Part shown: positions 9,923-20,477 of the stretch, one piece after another
Numbering within the stretch: the stretch's first letter is position 1
How the letters are laid out: every line of letters starts with the position of its first letter
From: an uncultured Gammaproteobacteria bacterium
Lineage (GTDB): Bacteria > Patescibacteriota > Microgenomatia > Levybacterales > UBA12049
NCBI GenBank assembly: GCA_965230895.1
Contig: OZ246394.1
Span: forward strand, 377,316-441,315
DNA length: 64,000 nucleotides
Direction of reading: 5' to 3'
Program-made: the position numbers and the translations under genes
Notes under the pieces: model-generated
What the model was told of the DNA's origin: nothing
Database searches by the model: none
What the model saw: the letters and a program-made list of their open reading frames with translations, nothing else

Positions 9923-10969
9923 CTATTTTTTACCTGCTAATTTATAATAACTTTGTTTTGTTTTCCCAAATTTCTCCAATAATCCTTTTGTAACCAAGGA
10001 GGAAAGCAACGAATGAGCTTGTTGTCGTGTTACTTCAAAAGCTTTTTCAATATCTGCTGTCTTAATAGCCTTTTTATCAATAACAATTTGAAGCACTTCT
10101 TCTTCTCTTGGCGTTACCAGAACTCGCTTTTCGCCTTCTATAGTGTCCAAGTTTGTACGTTTTAAGTCGTCGATGCGGGCAATAGCTCCTTGCAGTGAAC
10201 TTGCAATTCCTTCTAGGAAATATTCGAGCCATTGCGTTTTATCACCTTTATCTGCACTGTGCAGACAGTCTGAATACAATGTTCTGTCGACGTCATAATA
10301 ATCATCAAGGATAAAGTATTTAGAGACTTCATAATGTTCCTGCAATAAATAATATGTCGTAAGAATTCGAGCAAGCCTTCCATTGCCATCAAAAAAAGGA
10401 TGAATGTACGCAAATTGGTGATGCATAATTCCGGCTTTGATGAGTGGAGGAAGTTCTCCCTCGTCTTTTAACCAGGTAAATAATTCCTCCAAAGCAACTT
10501 TGATTTCTTTTGCTGTATGAAAGGGTGGATTATGTTTGATTACAATTTCTTGCTTTGTCTGATGGCCAACGAAAACTCCCCCATCTCGGATATGACCAAT
10601 ATCTTTTTTTTCATCAATCCCATCAAGCAACATGCCTTGTAACATTTCAATTCGCTCTACCGTGATAGGTTTTCTGTCTCTGACATAAGAAGGTAATAAA
10701 GTTAAAATATTAAAATAGTTTGAAACTTCTTTTTCGGATTTTGTCGTAGGAATTTGGTCACCGAGGATAACATTAGTGACATCTTGCGGAGACAAAGGAT
10801 TTCCTTCAATACTAGTGGAATAATGCGTAGCAAGTATTTGGTTTTCTTGAGATAGGCGCAGAGATAATGAAGGAATCAGCTTTTCGCCTTGAATTTTTCC
10901 ATAAAGCCGTTCAATATTTCCTAAAATGTTAAGAATTCTGAAATTGAGGGTAAATTGTGGCTTAAACAT
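9923..10969 (-). CDS. Fic family protein with C-terminal wHTH
   Basis: HPFFDGNGRLAR Fic motif; inhibitory STSIEGN motif; TTGACA-17-TACAAT promoter. Confidence 0.92.
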   Translation of the reverse strand: MFKPQFTLNFRILNILGNIERLYGKIQGEKLIPSLSLRLSQENQILATHYSTSIEGNPLSPQDVTNVILGDQIPTTKSEKEVSNYFNILTLLPSYVRDRKPITVERIEMLQGMLLDGIDEKKDIGHIRDGGVFVGHQTKQEIVIKHNPPFHTAKEIKVALEELFTWLKDEGELPPLIKAGIMHHQFAYIHPFFDGNGRLARILTTYYLLQEHYEVSKYFILDDYYDVDRTLYSDCLHSADKGDKTQWLEYFLEGIASSLQGAIARIDDLKRTNLDTIEGEKRVLVTPREEEVLQIVIDKKAIKTADIEKAFEVTRQQAHSLLSSLVTKGLLEKFGKTKQSYYKLAGKK

Positions 10970-11028
10970 AATTCTATTGTAAAAAATCCCTCATCATTTG
11001 TCAATATATATGTAAATATTATTGTAAA

Positions 11029-11580
11029 CTAGAATTTATCAGGATACAGTTCCTTTAAGGTTGGATTTTTTGTATCTTTTTCAGATAGTGTAGGCTCTCC
11101 TTCTACTTCCCATTTCACATTCAATGTAGGATCATTCCAAGCTAGGTTAGATTCTAGACCTGGTGCCCATTCTTGGTCGGTAAGGTACGTATAGTCAGCC
11201 TCATCACACAATACAAGATATGAATTGCCACAACCTGCAGGTACAAATACACTTTGCTTTGTTTCATCGCCAAGGATAAAAGATTCGTATTTTCCAAAGG
11301 TTGGAGATCCTTCTTTTAAGTCGACAATAACGGCCTGAATCTTGCCTCGAGTTGCGTAAATCAATTTGTTCCAAGGCGCTATATGAATGCCTCTCAGTGT
11401 ACCTTTACTTGATCGAGCATGATTTGCTTGAACAATCTTGAAAGGTTTTCCTGTCTCTTCTTCTAAATGTGGAACTCGGATTGATTCTCGGAAGAATCCT
11501 CTATCATCAGCAAACGTTGGACGGACAATTGTAAATACACCTTCTAAAGATGTTTTATTAATAAAATTTGTGGCGCTCAT
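11029..11580 (-). CDS. rmlC: dTDP-4-dehydrorhamnose 3,5-epimerase
   Basis: DDRGFFRE, VQANH, GTLRGIH, SPTFG, WNDP, LSEKD. Confidence 0.9.
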   Translation of the reverse strand: MSATNFINKTSLEGVFTIVRPTFADDRGFFRESIRVPHLEEETGKPFKIVQANHARSSKGTLRGIHIAPWNKLIYATRGKIQAVIVDLKEGSPTFGKYESFILGDETKQSVFVPAGCGNSYLVLCDEADYTYLTDQEWAPGLESNLAWNDPTLNVKWEVEGEPTLSEKDTKNPTLKELYPDKF

Positions 11581-11909
11581 AATCCTTTTGGTTTTGTCTT
11601 ACGACGTTCTATTTTACGCAATGTATACATGATTCGTTGGTCAAGATTAATATTTTTGATACGTGCGAAGCGTATGATTGCGACCAAAATATCTCCAAGT
11701 TCTTGTTCATAAGTTTCGTCTTGTTGAGCTGATACATTGGTAGGCTTGCGTCCATGTTTTGCCAGATATGCTCGAGCCATTTCTCCCAATTCTTCAACGA
11801 GACTGAGGATTAAAATAGAACCAAATTCAGGATTATTTTTCTGGTCCGCATCAATGGTTTCTAACTTTTTAAAATACTTACCAAAAGGTGAAATTCTTTT
11901 TTGAGCCAT
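11577..11909 (-). CDS. MazG-like nucleotide pyrophosphohydrolase
   Basis: LVEELGEMA ... QELGDIL (EExxE...ExxD). Confidence 0.85.
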   Translation of the reverse strand: MAQKRISPFGKYFKKLETIDADQKNNPEFGSILILSLVEELGEMARAYLAKHGRKPTNVSAQQDETYEQELGDILVAIIRFARIKNINLDQRIMYTLRKIERRKTKPKGL

Positions 11910-11992
11910 AAACACTTTTAACTCTACTCTTTATCGATTATGTTGTCAATTATGGTATTTCTGCAAAAAATGTCCTATACTTTATGTTGTTC

Positions 11993-12817
11993 ATGAAAAC
12001 CTCTGTGAGTTTATTCTTTAGCGATTTGCTTCCTCAGCGACGAAAATTATTTCATAAAGTAGTAAAAAATGATATTTTTGAGAACTTAACGGTGGATGAG
12101 GGTTTAGAAAAGCTAAAGAAGGCTGGATTAGATGGTATAGAAATTTGTTTGTCTCAATATTATGAAACGACAAATAAAGATGTTGATGAATTAAACGTGC
12201 TGCTTAAAAAGCATGATATGCCTGTGTTGAGCTTACATCAGACATTACGCTTCTTCTCAACTACAAGAATTCCAGAAATCACACGTCTTTTTGAGATTGC
12301 TGAAAAACTCCACGTACGATTAGTTGTACTGCATATGAACTCTGCACAAAAGCAGATCTTTGACCCGGCTTATATCAAAGCGTTACATGCACTTGAACAT
12401 AAATACAATATTAAAGTGACCTTCGAAAATATGGAGAAGCATATCGGTTCATTATTTTATAAGCATCGCTGGCAAGATGTTACATTTGCGGAACTGGTGT
12501 ATAAAACAGATTTTCATATCACTCTTGATACCGTCCATTTAGCTCATTCAGGTGGAGATATCGTGGCATTTTATAAAAAATATAAAGAGAGAATTATAAA
12601 TATTCATTTAAGTGATTATCGACATCACATTTTTAATAGTAGTTTGCGTCCAATGAGATATAAGCATATGCCGATTGGTGAAGGAGAGCTTCCTATCACA
12701 GAGTTTCTCAAAACTTTAAAGAAAGAAAATTATGATGGTTTAGTCACTATGGAAATCCATGGGAACTTAGAAGACATTTGCAACGGAGCTGCTGAAATTA
12801 ATAAAGCAAAAAGGTAA
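11993..12817 (+). CDS. Sugar phosphate isomerase/epimerase (AP endonuclease 2 TIM barrel)
   Basis: FENM, TLDTVH, IHLSD, HMPIGEG, TME motifs. Confidence 0.85.
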   Translation: MKTSVSLFFSDLLPQRRKLFHKVVKNDIFENLTVDEGLEKLKKAGLDGIEICLSQYYETTNKDVDELNVLLKKHDMPVLSLHQTLRFFSTTRIPEITRLFEIAEKLHVRLVVLHMNSAQKQIFDPAYIKALHALEHKYNIKVTFENMEKHIGSLFYKHRWQDVTFAELVYKTDFHITLDTVHLAHSGGDIVAFYKKYKERIINIHLSDYRHHIFNSSLRPMRYKHMPIGEGELPITEFLKTLKKENYDGLVTMEIHGNLEDICNGAAEINKAKR

Positions 12818-12970
12818 TGAGTATACAATTCTACACTAAAAGCTGTATTTGATTGATATATTTTGCCACAGAATGATGCAACTATAGGGTTATTACTCAT
12901 TGCTATTTCATGCTGAAAATGCTATTATCATTCTAGGTAGACCGCTTTGAGGCGGTTTCTTTATGTAAAT

Positions 12971-14788
12971 ATGAATAAATTACGAAATATCGGTATTATC
13001 GCCCACGTAGACCACGGGAAAACAACCTTAGTCGATGCTCTGTTGCGCCAATCTCAAACAAAACTCAACAAAGAAGCTTCCGAAGGGACGCTTATTATGG
13101 ATAACAATGAACTTGAAAGAGAACGTGGTATCACTATCTTCTCAAAGAATGCTTCAGTTGTTTGGAAAGACACAAAGATTAATATCATTGATACTCCTGG
13201 CCACGCGGACTTTGGTGGCGAAGTTGAACGTGTGTTATCTATGGCTGATGGATGTTTGCTCCTTGTTGATGCAAAAGAAGGTCCAATGCCGCAAACACGA
13301 TTTGTTCTGAAGAAAGCGCTTGAAAAGAAAATTAAGATTATCGTGGTGGTAAATAAAATTGACAAACCAGATGCTCGAATCCATCACGTTTTGGATAAAA
13401 CTTTGGATCTCTTCCTTGAACTTGGAGCAGATGACAATACAGCTGACTTTCCTATCGTTTATGCTTCTGCAAAGGCAGGTAAGGCAGGACTTGAAGCAGA
13501 TTTGGATGCAATGACTGACATTACTCCTATCTTTGATGCAATCCTTGAGCACATCCCTGCTCCATCAGGTGATCCAGCAGCACCATTACAACTCCTTATG
13601 ACAACACTTGGTCGAGATGATTACAAAGGAAGAATTGCTATTGGAAGAGTTTACAACGGAACGATTAAAGCTGGACAAGAAGTCATGCATATTAATCGTA
13701 AAGGCGAAATGAAGAGAAACCGATTAACGTCACTTATGACTTTTGAAGGATTAGGTCGAGCTGATGCACAAGAGGTTTCAGCTGGAGATATTGTAGCCAT
13801 TTCAGGTATCCCTGATATCACGATTGGTGAAACAATTGCAGATCCAGCAAATCCAGTTGCAATGCCACTTCTCGCAATTGAAGAACCGACAGTTAAAATG
13901 GCATTTAGTGTCAATGATTCTCCTTTTGCAGGACAAGAAGGTGAATTTAAAACATCACGACAAATCCGAGAGCGATTGATGAAAGAACTCGAGACAGATA
14001 CTGCTCTTCGAGTTGAAGATACAGAAGATGGTAAATGGATGGTAAGTGGTCGTGGCGAACTTCATTTAGCCATCCTCATCGAACGTATGCGTCGTGAAGG
14101 ATACGAATTTGCAGTTGCGCGCCCACAAGTAATTGAAAAAGAGATCGATGGTAAAAAGGTAGCACCTTTTGAACGTGTATTCCTCGAAGCTCCGCAAGAT
14201 TATTCTGGTATTGTAATGCAAAAGATGGGTGCTCGAAAAGCGGTTCTTGAAGACATGACTACTGATGATAACGGAATTGTTTATTTTGAATTTGTTATGC
14301 CGACAAGTGCACTTTTCGGTTATCGAAGTGAATTTATTACAGATACTCGTGGACTTGGAATTATCAATACAAACTTTGATCGATATGATGTCGACAACGG
14401 TGAGCCAATCAAAAGAGAACGTGGTTCGCTTATTGCAAGTGAGAATGGTCAGTCTAATTTATATGGTTTGACTAATATTCAAGAGAGAGGCACACTTTTT
14501 ATCGGTCCGGGCGTTCAAGTGTACAAAGGCCAAGTTGTCGGAGAAAATGCACGTGTTGAAGATATGTCTGTTAATGTTACCAAAGCGAAAGCACTTTCAA
14601 ACATGCGTTCAAAGGGCGACGGCGGTATGGAACACTTTAATGTTCCAAAAGTTATGGATCTTGAAGAATCTTTGGAATTTGTAAATGATGATGAATTAGT
14701 TGAAGTTACCCCAAAAAGTGTACGAATCAGAAAGAAAATTCTTGATGAAGCCCTCGCTCGAAGAATGAAATCACAAGGCCTCCTCTAA
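12971..14788 (+). CDS. typA: Translational GTPase TypA/BipA
   Basis: IIAHVDHGKTTL, ERERGITI, DTPGHADFGGEVER, NKID, GRGELHL, VEVTPKSVRIRK. Confidence 0.97.
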   Translation: MNKLRNIGIIAHVDHGKTTLVDALLRQSQTKLNKEASEGTLIMDNNELERERGITIFSKNASVVWKDTKINIIDTPGHADFGGEVERVLSMADGCLLLVDAKEGPMPQTRFVLKKALEKKIKIIVVVNKIDKPDARIHHVLDKTLDLFLELGADDNTADFPIVYASAKAGKAGLEADLDAMTDITPIFDAILEHIPAPSGDPAAPLQLLMTTLGRDDYKGRIAIGRVYNGTIKAGQEVMHINRKGEMKRNRLTSLMTFEGLGRADAQEVSAGDIVAISGIPDITIGETIADPANPVAMPLLAIEEPTVKMAFSVNDSPFAGQEGEFKTSRQIRERLMKELETDTALRVEDTEDGKWMVSGRGELHLAILIERMRREGYEFAVARPQVIEKEIDGKKVAPFERVFLEAPQDYSGIVMQKMGARKAVLEDMTTDDNGIVYFEFVMPTSALFGYRSEFITDTRGLGIINTNFDRYDVDNGEPIKRERGSLIASENGQSNLYGLTNIQERGTLFIGPGVQVYKGQVVGENARVEDMSVNVTKAKALSNMRSKGDGGMEHFNVPKVMDLEESLEFVNDDELVEVTPKSVRIRKKILDEALARRMKSQGLL

Positions 14789-14789
14789 A

Positions 14790-15416
14790 TTATTTATCAG
14801 GGCACAAATCTCCAAGGGGACAATCTTTACAATCATGTGGTCGCGCTGTGCAGAAATGTCGTCCATGAAGAATTAATCGTGCGGGGAACTCAATCCATAA
14901 CTCTTTCGGGACAATCTTCATCAAATCCTGCTCAATTTTCACTGGATCTTTTTGTGATGTAAATCCGAGCTTGTTGGACATGCGGATCATATGAGTATCA
15001 ATGACAATACCTTCAGGCTTATGAAATGCTTGTCCGAGGACAACATTTGCGGTCTTTCGTGCAACACCAGGTAATGCATCAAGATCTTCCATATTGTCTG
15101 GTACTTCTCCTCCATGCTTCTCAACAATTTGTTGTGCTGCGGCTTTAATATTCTTAGCTTTATTTCCTGCAAAGTTAACGCCTTTAATCAAATTGTAAAT
15201 ATCTTCTACGTCTGCTTCTGCAAAGTCCTTTGGAGTTGGATATTTTTTAAAAAGTGCTGGAGTCAATGTATTAACAAGTTTATCTGTTGTTTGTGCAGCC
15301 ATCATTGTTGCAACAAGAATTTCCATTGGATTTTTGAAATCAAGTTCAATTTTTGGTTTTGGATAGATCTTTTCGAGACGTTTATTAACTTCTAAAACCT
15401 TTTCTTCAAGTGTCAT
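14790..15416 (-). CDS. nth: Endonuclease III
   Basis: HhH LPGVARKTANVVL, IDTH and the CTARPHDCKDCPLGDLC 4Fe-4S cluster; start reassigned to 15416. Confidence 0.93.
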   Translation of the reverse strand: MTLEEKVLEVNKRLEKIYPKPKIELDFKNPMEILVATMMAAQTTDKLVNTLTPALFKKYPTPKDFAEADVEDIYNLIKGVNFAGNKAKNIKAAAQQIVEKHGGEVPDNMEDLDALPGVARKTANVVLGQAFHKPEGIVIDTHMIRMSNKLGFTSQKDPVKIEQDLMKIVPKELWIEFPARLILHGRHFCTARPHDCKDCPLGDLCPDK

Positions 15417-15495
15417 AAACCGATTATAACAACAAATGTTTTTCGTTGCCAGTTTGACTTTGAACAGAGTGGTGCTTATACTGTTCATCTTTCCT

Positions 15496-16026
15496 ATGGT
15501 CGAACACGAACAACGAAGAATATCTCATAAAGAAACTGACACAAGCAATCCTTCCTCATTAATGGAAGCGATGAAAGCTAATGCTCAGAGTTCTATTTTC
15601 CCTGAAATTAGAGCTGTTTTAGAGCAGCGAGAAGAACAGGCAAAAGAAGCAAAGCCAAATGTCGATGTGCCGGGATTCGCACATGTTGACGATGCAGTCG
15701 CACGAATTCTCACATTCGAAGATCCAGAAGTAACAGAAGCTCGAATAACTTCGTCGCTCCTGCAATCTCCTTTACCGAGCGAAGCCGAGTCGAAAGATGG
15801 CATTGTTAATCAAGGTCCAATGGATGTCATGGATGATCGGGTACAGCAGCGTATTGATCATATCTTTGCTTTGGCCGGTGCGGCAAGACATCCTTATGCA
15901 TTAGAAGATAGTAATCAACTTATTGTAAATGTAACTTCAAAAACAAAACTTGCTCCAGATATTTTGCTTGTTGAAGAACGCTCAATTCGAAGTGTAGCAC
16001 TTCGTTTTGAAAGAGTTCCTAAATAG
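15496..16026 (+). CDS. Hypothetical protein
   Basis: ORF preceded by TTGACT-17-TATACT (15454-15482). Confidence 0.6.
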   Translation: MVEHEQRRISHKETDTSNPSSLMEAMKANAQSSIFPEIRAVLEQREEQAKEAKPNVDVPGFAHVDDAVARILTFEDPEVTEARITSSLLQSPLPSEAESKDGIVNQGPMDVMDDRVQQRIDHIFALAGAARHPYALEDSNQLIVNVTSKTKLAPDILLVEERSIRSVALRFERVPK

Positions 16027-16073
16027 TTTTTCCCTCTTGCTTTTAACTCCTTATTTTTTGTATAGTAATTGTT

Positions 16074-16565
16074 ATGACAATTATTGACGAGCAAGACCAA
16101 CAAGTAGTTGATGCTGATGAGGTAGATACCACAACAGATACAGATAACGAAACTTTTTCCCAGGACGCAGCAGGTGCAGCAACAATGTTAAATCTTGAAG
16201 AATTAATCAAGAACCACATTGATTCAATTGATAAGCTCAAAGACGAACTTCGAACAGCTCGAGAAATGTTTGAGGATTCTTTCAATAATAATCCTACGTA
16301 CAAGGAACATGTCGATAAGGTAAAAGATGTCCAGAGAGCAAAGAACTCTGTACGACAACAGATCGCAAAACAACCATCAGTTGCATCTCTTGAACAAAAA
16401 GTAAAAGATATTCGCTTTGATATCAGTGAAAAGGGAAAAACACTTTCTGATCTCCTCCAAGATTATAAAGAACAAACAGGTGCAACATCAATCGAAACTC
16501 GAAATGGACAAGTGCTTGAGATCGTCAGTACATCAAAGCTTGTCCGAAGCAAGGGCTCTAAATAA
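16074..16565 (+). CDS. Hypothetical coiled-coil protein with acidic N-terminus
   Basis: 163-aa ORF with heptad pattern. Confidence 0.7.
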   Translation: MTIIDEQDQQVVDADEVDTTTDTDNETFSQDAAGAATMLNLEELIKNHIDSIDKLKDELRTAREMFEDSFNNNPTYKEHVDKVKDVQRAKNSVRQQIAKQPSVASLEQKVKDIRFDISEKGKTLSDLLQDYKEQTGATSIETRNGQVLEIVSTSKLVRSKGSK

Positions 16566-16619
16566 TAACTCTTCCTTCTTAAATCTTCATTCATTTTTTG
16601 TTATACTTTCGCTTGTAGC

Positions 16620-18095
16620 ATGAAATTCATCAATAAAGTACTTTTGACCCTCCCCTTTCTTTTTGTTTTTATCTTCTCAATATATAAACCGACAGATCCT
16701 GATTTCGGATGGCATTTAAAATATGGTGAGTATTTTTTTCAACACGGAATTATTCTTAGAGATAATATCTTTTCAACGATGATGCCTGGTTATCATTGGG
16801 CAAATACTTCCTGGTTAACTGATATTCTTACATATGGCGTCTATCAACGTGGAGGTTTCTTTGGAGTAAGTCTTCTTGGAGCATTTGTGGTTACCGCAAC
16901 GTTTTATTTCTTTTCAAAAGTTGCCAAGCTTACAACATGGGATCAGCTTTTTCTTTTTCCGTTGATACTTTATTTGGTTCAACCACTGAATGCAGTCTCT
17001 TTCAGAGGACAACAACTTTCAATGCTATTTATAGGAATTTTGTTTTACCTCCTTAGCTTTCATTCAAGTAGACCAAAATTGCTTTACCTCACGATACCGT
17101 TATTTCTTCTGTGGGCAAACTTTCATGGACAATTTATTTTAGGTTTAGGGTTATTTGCTCTATGGATAGTCCTTTTTATCGCTCAATCGATTATTTCTTC
17201 TCTAAGCGAGCAAAAAGTGACGGAGGGTAAAATAGGAAAAGTATTTATTATTAGTCTTCGACGAGCTCAGGCAATACTCATAATCTTTTTACTTAGCGTC
17301 TTAGCAACGCTTGTGAATCCTTTTGGTTGGGGAATTCATCTCGCTGCAATTTCACACATCGGAAGCCCACTGCTGCAATATATAGCAGAATACCTTCCAT
17401 TTGAAATGTTTTCTATTCCCTGGTGGAATCAAATCATTGCAGGATTATTATTATTTGTTTGCTTCATTGCTCTTTTCTTTGGAGACAAAGTGCGCCAAAA
17501 TTTACCGCTCCTTGGTTCTGGCTTGGCTCTCTTTATTCTTTCTTTTGGTGTTAGAAGATATGCATGGCCAGCTTACTATCTTATTCTTCCTTTACTCGTA
17601 CCGTTATCGACATATCTCAGACCCGATAATAAAAAGCTTACAAAGATATTGAGTGCTGTATTTCTTGTGGTCCTCATCGCTATCGCAGTCGTTTCTAAAT
17701 ACCCTTTTACGACATTTACTCAATACAATTGGACGCTGTATTGTAAAGAAACGAAATGTTCCACGTCGGCTGCAAAATATATAATTGATAATAAACTCAC
17801 CGACAATATTTATACATTATATGGTTGGGGCGGATGGCTTATTTGGGAGTATCCACAGATCAAACCATCTATCGACGGTCGAATGCATCTTTGGCACGAA
17901 AATGGTTATAGCGCATTTGAAGAGTATTACGCAGTTGAACAAAATAACAAAGATATTGATAAAACAAAATATAACACTGTGTTGATTTCTCCCGACAAAC
18001 CTGTCTATGAACGATTAATTAAATTAGAAAATGCGGGGAAATGGAAAATGGTTTACAACGATCCAAATGCTTCAGTCTTTGTCAGGACAGAATAA
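16620..18095 (+). CDS. Multi-TM membrane protein, probable GT-C fold glycosyltransferase
   Basis: DPDFGWHL in the first loop, WANFHG, NPFG, IDGR; many TM segments. Confidence 0.65.
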   Translation: MKFINKVLLTLPFLFVFIFSIYKPTDPDFGWHLKYGEYFFQHGIILRDNIFSTMMPGYHWANTSWLTDILTYGVYQRGGFFGVSLLGAFVVTATFYFFSKVAKLTTWDQLFLFPLILYLVQPLNAVSFRGQQLSMLFIGILFYLLSFHSSRPKLLYLTIPLFLLWANFHGQFILGLGLFALWIVLFIAQSIISSLSEQKVTEGKIGKVFIISLRRAQAILIIFLLSVLATLVNPFGWGIHLAAISHIGSPLLQYIAEYLPFEMFSIPWWNQIIAGLLLFVCFIALFFGDKVRQNLPLLGSGLALFILSFGVRRYAWPAYYLILPLLVPLSTYLRPDNKKLTKILSAVFLVVLIAIAVVSKYPFTTFTQYNWTLYCKETKCSTSAAKYIIDNKLTDNIYTLYGWGGWLIWEYPQIKPSIDGRMHLWHENGYSAFEEYYAVEQNNKDIDKTKYNTVLISPDKPVYERLIKLENAGKWKMVYNDPNASVFVRTE

Positions 18096-18213
18096 TCCTT
18101 TACTCAGGCTTAAAAATATGGTATTTTAAATATATGATAATCGTAAATAATTCAGTTTGTTGTTGCGCACCTCTCTCGTAGGGAGTTTTTGCGTTACACT
18201 TTTTGTTTTCGTG

Positions 18214-18237
18214 ACCTCCCTCTTGGGAGGTTTTTTT
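18214..18237 (+). terminator. Intrinsic terminator/attenuator hairpin
   Basis: ACCTCCC-tctt-GGGAGGT followed by a T run, 11 nt before ATG 18249. Confidence 0.6.
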
Positions 18238-18248
18238 GTGGTTTTATT

Positions 18249-18959
18249 ATGAGAGAATTTGAGATTAGACAAGCAATTATTACACCAGAGAAAACGGATC
18301 GTCCACAGTTTCTCTTTCTGGGTGCGCATACTGATGACGATGCAATGATGAAGCTCACTGCTGTGCTGGATGAGGAAGGCTTTGGTTTAACTATCGGCAC
18401 AATGACGAACAGTGCTAACTATGATGAAGATCTCATTGATACTCGCTGGGATGAAGCATTACGTTCAGGAAGGGTTGGCGGCATCACAGCAGTTCATAGA
18501 ATGGAAGCTGAGGATGGATCATTAAGAAATTATAAAGATTCAGGTATTTGGTTTGCGGGAAATTTAATTGACGATATCGAACCGGTCGCAATTATTACTC
18601 CTCATTCTCTGGATCCTCATTCCGATCATGAAGCCGCATTTCAGATTGGAAAAGCTGTTGCTGGAGATAGAACTCCTCACTACACTACAGATACTATTTA
18701 CGGTGTAGGAAAAGATGGATCGATATTGGTCCCAGATTTATATATCCCTCTTTCTTCGAGGAAAGCAGCTTTTGAGACCGCTATTTATGAAGCAAATACA
18801 AGTCAAATGGTTGACTCACAAGATGTACGAGAGGTTAAGAGAATGACTCGAAGAAGAGGTAGTGAAGTCGGAATTGATCATGCAGCTGTAATATTTGAAG
18901 CAAGAGTTAAAACAAATCCATTACGAGAAATCTTTCAGGGCACATTGGCCAAAAGATAA
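18249..18959 (+). CDS. PIG-L/LmbE family deacetylase
   Basis: GAHTDDD, RWDEA, DG, DPHSDH motifs; start reassigned. Confidence 0.8.
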   Translation: MREFEIRQAIITPEKTDRPQFLFLGAHTDDDAMMKLTAVLDEEGFGLTIGTMTNSANYDEDLIDTRWDEALRSGRVGGITAVHRMEAEDGSLRNYKDSGIWFAGNLIDDIEPVAIITPHSLDPHSDHEAAFQIGKAVAGDRTPHYTTDTIYGVGKDGSILVPDLYIPLSSRKAAFETAIYEANTSQMVDSQDVREVKRMTRRRGSEVGIDHAAVIFEARVKTNPLREIFQGTLAKR

Positions 18960-18961
18960 AT

Positions 18962-19486
18962 TTAGAAAACTTCTGGATGGAGAAATCTTCCAAGGGCGCA
19001 AAAAACAGCATCTTGATATGCATCAGTTCTTGTAATTGCATCGTTTGTCATAAGTCCGAAATGACCATTGGCATGTTTGGAATTACTTTTCTTGAAAACA
19101 ATATCGTTGGCATGTCCCATTTCTACTCCGCTTAAAATAATTTCCAGAAGTTTTGGTGGAACAACCATTTTAATGCTTGAGCCTTTCCCGACGATACCAT
19201 CGTTGCTTACGACCACTGCCCAGCCACTTGTGAACCACTCATTGCCAATTCTCTGCATTCCACCTTCAATACCGACACCATAATCTGCATCAAGTTTTTT
19301 AAGAGCTCTTTTAGCTCTATTTGTAGATCCACGAATACTTTGCTTGTCACTCATTGGTTGATCCGGGACCCCAGAAGGCACAGAAACACCTTCAACTTCC
19401 CACTTGGTATCAGGAAATACTTTTTCGAATGCTAATTTGACTGCATTAATTTTTGTAGGATTGAGGGAGCCGACTGCGACCTTCAT
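18962..19486 (-). CDS. yjjX: Inosine/xanthosine triphosphatase (DUF84)
   Basis: VAVGSLNPTK, SGVPDQP, NRA, VGIEGG, GLMT...TR. Confidence 0.88.
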   Translation of the reverse strand: MKVAVGSLNPTKINAVKLAFEKVFPDTKWEVEGVSVPSGVPDQPMSDKQSIRGSTNRAKRALKKLDADYGVGIEGGMQRIGNEWFTSGWAVVVSNDGIVGKGSSIKMVVPPKLLEIILSGVEMGHANDIVFKKSNSKHANGHFGLMTNDAITRTDAYQDAVFCALGRFLHPEVF

Positions 19487-19490
19487 GAAG

Positions 19491-20141
19491 TTATTTAGCA
19501 AGAGCTGCGTCGATCTTTTCTTTAAATTCGTTGTATGGAAGACCACCTTCTTGTTTAACGCCGTTAATGTAGAAGGTCGGTGTAGAATTTACTCCAACGG
19601 CATATCCATCGTTCACATCTTTTTCGATCTTCTTTGCATATTTCTTTCCTTCGACATCAGCTTTGAACTTTGCTTCATCAAGCTTTAATTCTTTTGCATA
19701 TTGAGAAAACTGTTCCATTGGATTTGAGCTATTTTCCCATTCCTTTTGATTTGAAAATAAGAGATTATGCATTTCGAAGAACTTACCTTGAGCACCAGCT
19801 GCTTCAGCCGCTTCCGCTGCTGTTTGTGCGTTCTTATGCATTGGTAATGGGAAGTTTCGGAAAACAAATGTAACTTTTCCTTGGTATTCTCGAAGTATTT
19901 GAGCAACTACTGGATGAGCAGCACCACAAGCTGGACATTGGAAATCACCGAATTCAACGATAGTAACTTTTGCATTTTTTTCACCTTCGACATGACTATC
20001 TGAACGAATTAATGCTTCAGTATTTGCGATTGGAGCGGCATCTTCAGAAGGACTTTTACCACCAACAAGAACTGATGCGCCGATGACAATGGCGATTGTA
20101 GCGATACTAATTCCGATAAGTACTTTTGCTTCGTTAGACAT
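19491..20141 (-). CDS. DsbA family thiol-disulfide oxidoreductase
   Basis: EFGDFQCPAC, FRNFPL, GVNSTPTF; N-terminal TM. Confidence 0.92.
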   Translation of the reverse strand: MSNEAKVLIGISIATIAIVIGASVLVGGKSPSEDAAPIANTEALIRSDSHVEGEKNAKVTIVEFGDFQCPACGAAHPVVAQILREYQGKVTFVFRNFPLPMHKNAQTAAEAAEAAGAQGKFFEMHNLLFSNQKEWENSSNPMEQFSQYAKELKLDEAKFKADVEGKKYAKKIEKDVNDGYAVGVNSTPTFYINGVKQEGGLPYNEFKEKIDAALAK

Positions 20142-20217
20142 ATTCTTGTAAAATCTCCTTTATATTATCACAACTATTGCAATAAGTGCAAAGACCAACT
20201 TTCTTACAGTCAAGGCG

Positions 20218-20439
20218 CTATTTTACTTTTGTCAGCAACTTATAAATGTTATACATTCCTCCGACAAATCCAGCTATACCTCCGATGATAAGAAAAATAT
20301 ACCCAGTGTTAAAAACTTTATCGAGAAAGAACCCAATTCCCATTAAGATTAGTACCGGCGTGACAAGAAGAATTGCAGTACTTATGCCGACTAAGGTGAA
20401 ATAAACAACTTTTGATTTCTTTTGCGTTTTTTGTTCCAT
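20218..20439 (-). CDS. AtpZ/AtpI-like small membrane protein
   Basis: Two TMs with GIGFFLDKVFNT...G...G pattern. Confidence 0.7.
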   Translation of the reverse strand: MEQKTQKKSKVVYFTLVGISTAILLVTPVLILMGIGFFLDKVFNTGYIFLIIGGIAGFVGGMYNIYKLLTKVK

Positions 20440-20477
20440 ACCGTAAGTGTAATTAATTTCAATTAGGGAAACTAGTA

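Noticed and set aside
9923-10969. Fic gene as toxin-antitoxin or mobile cargo
   Set aside because: It carries its own inhibitory SxxxEG motif, and there is no antitoxin, integrase or terminal repeat
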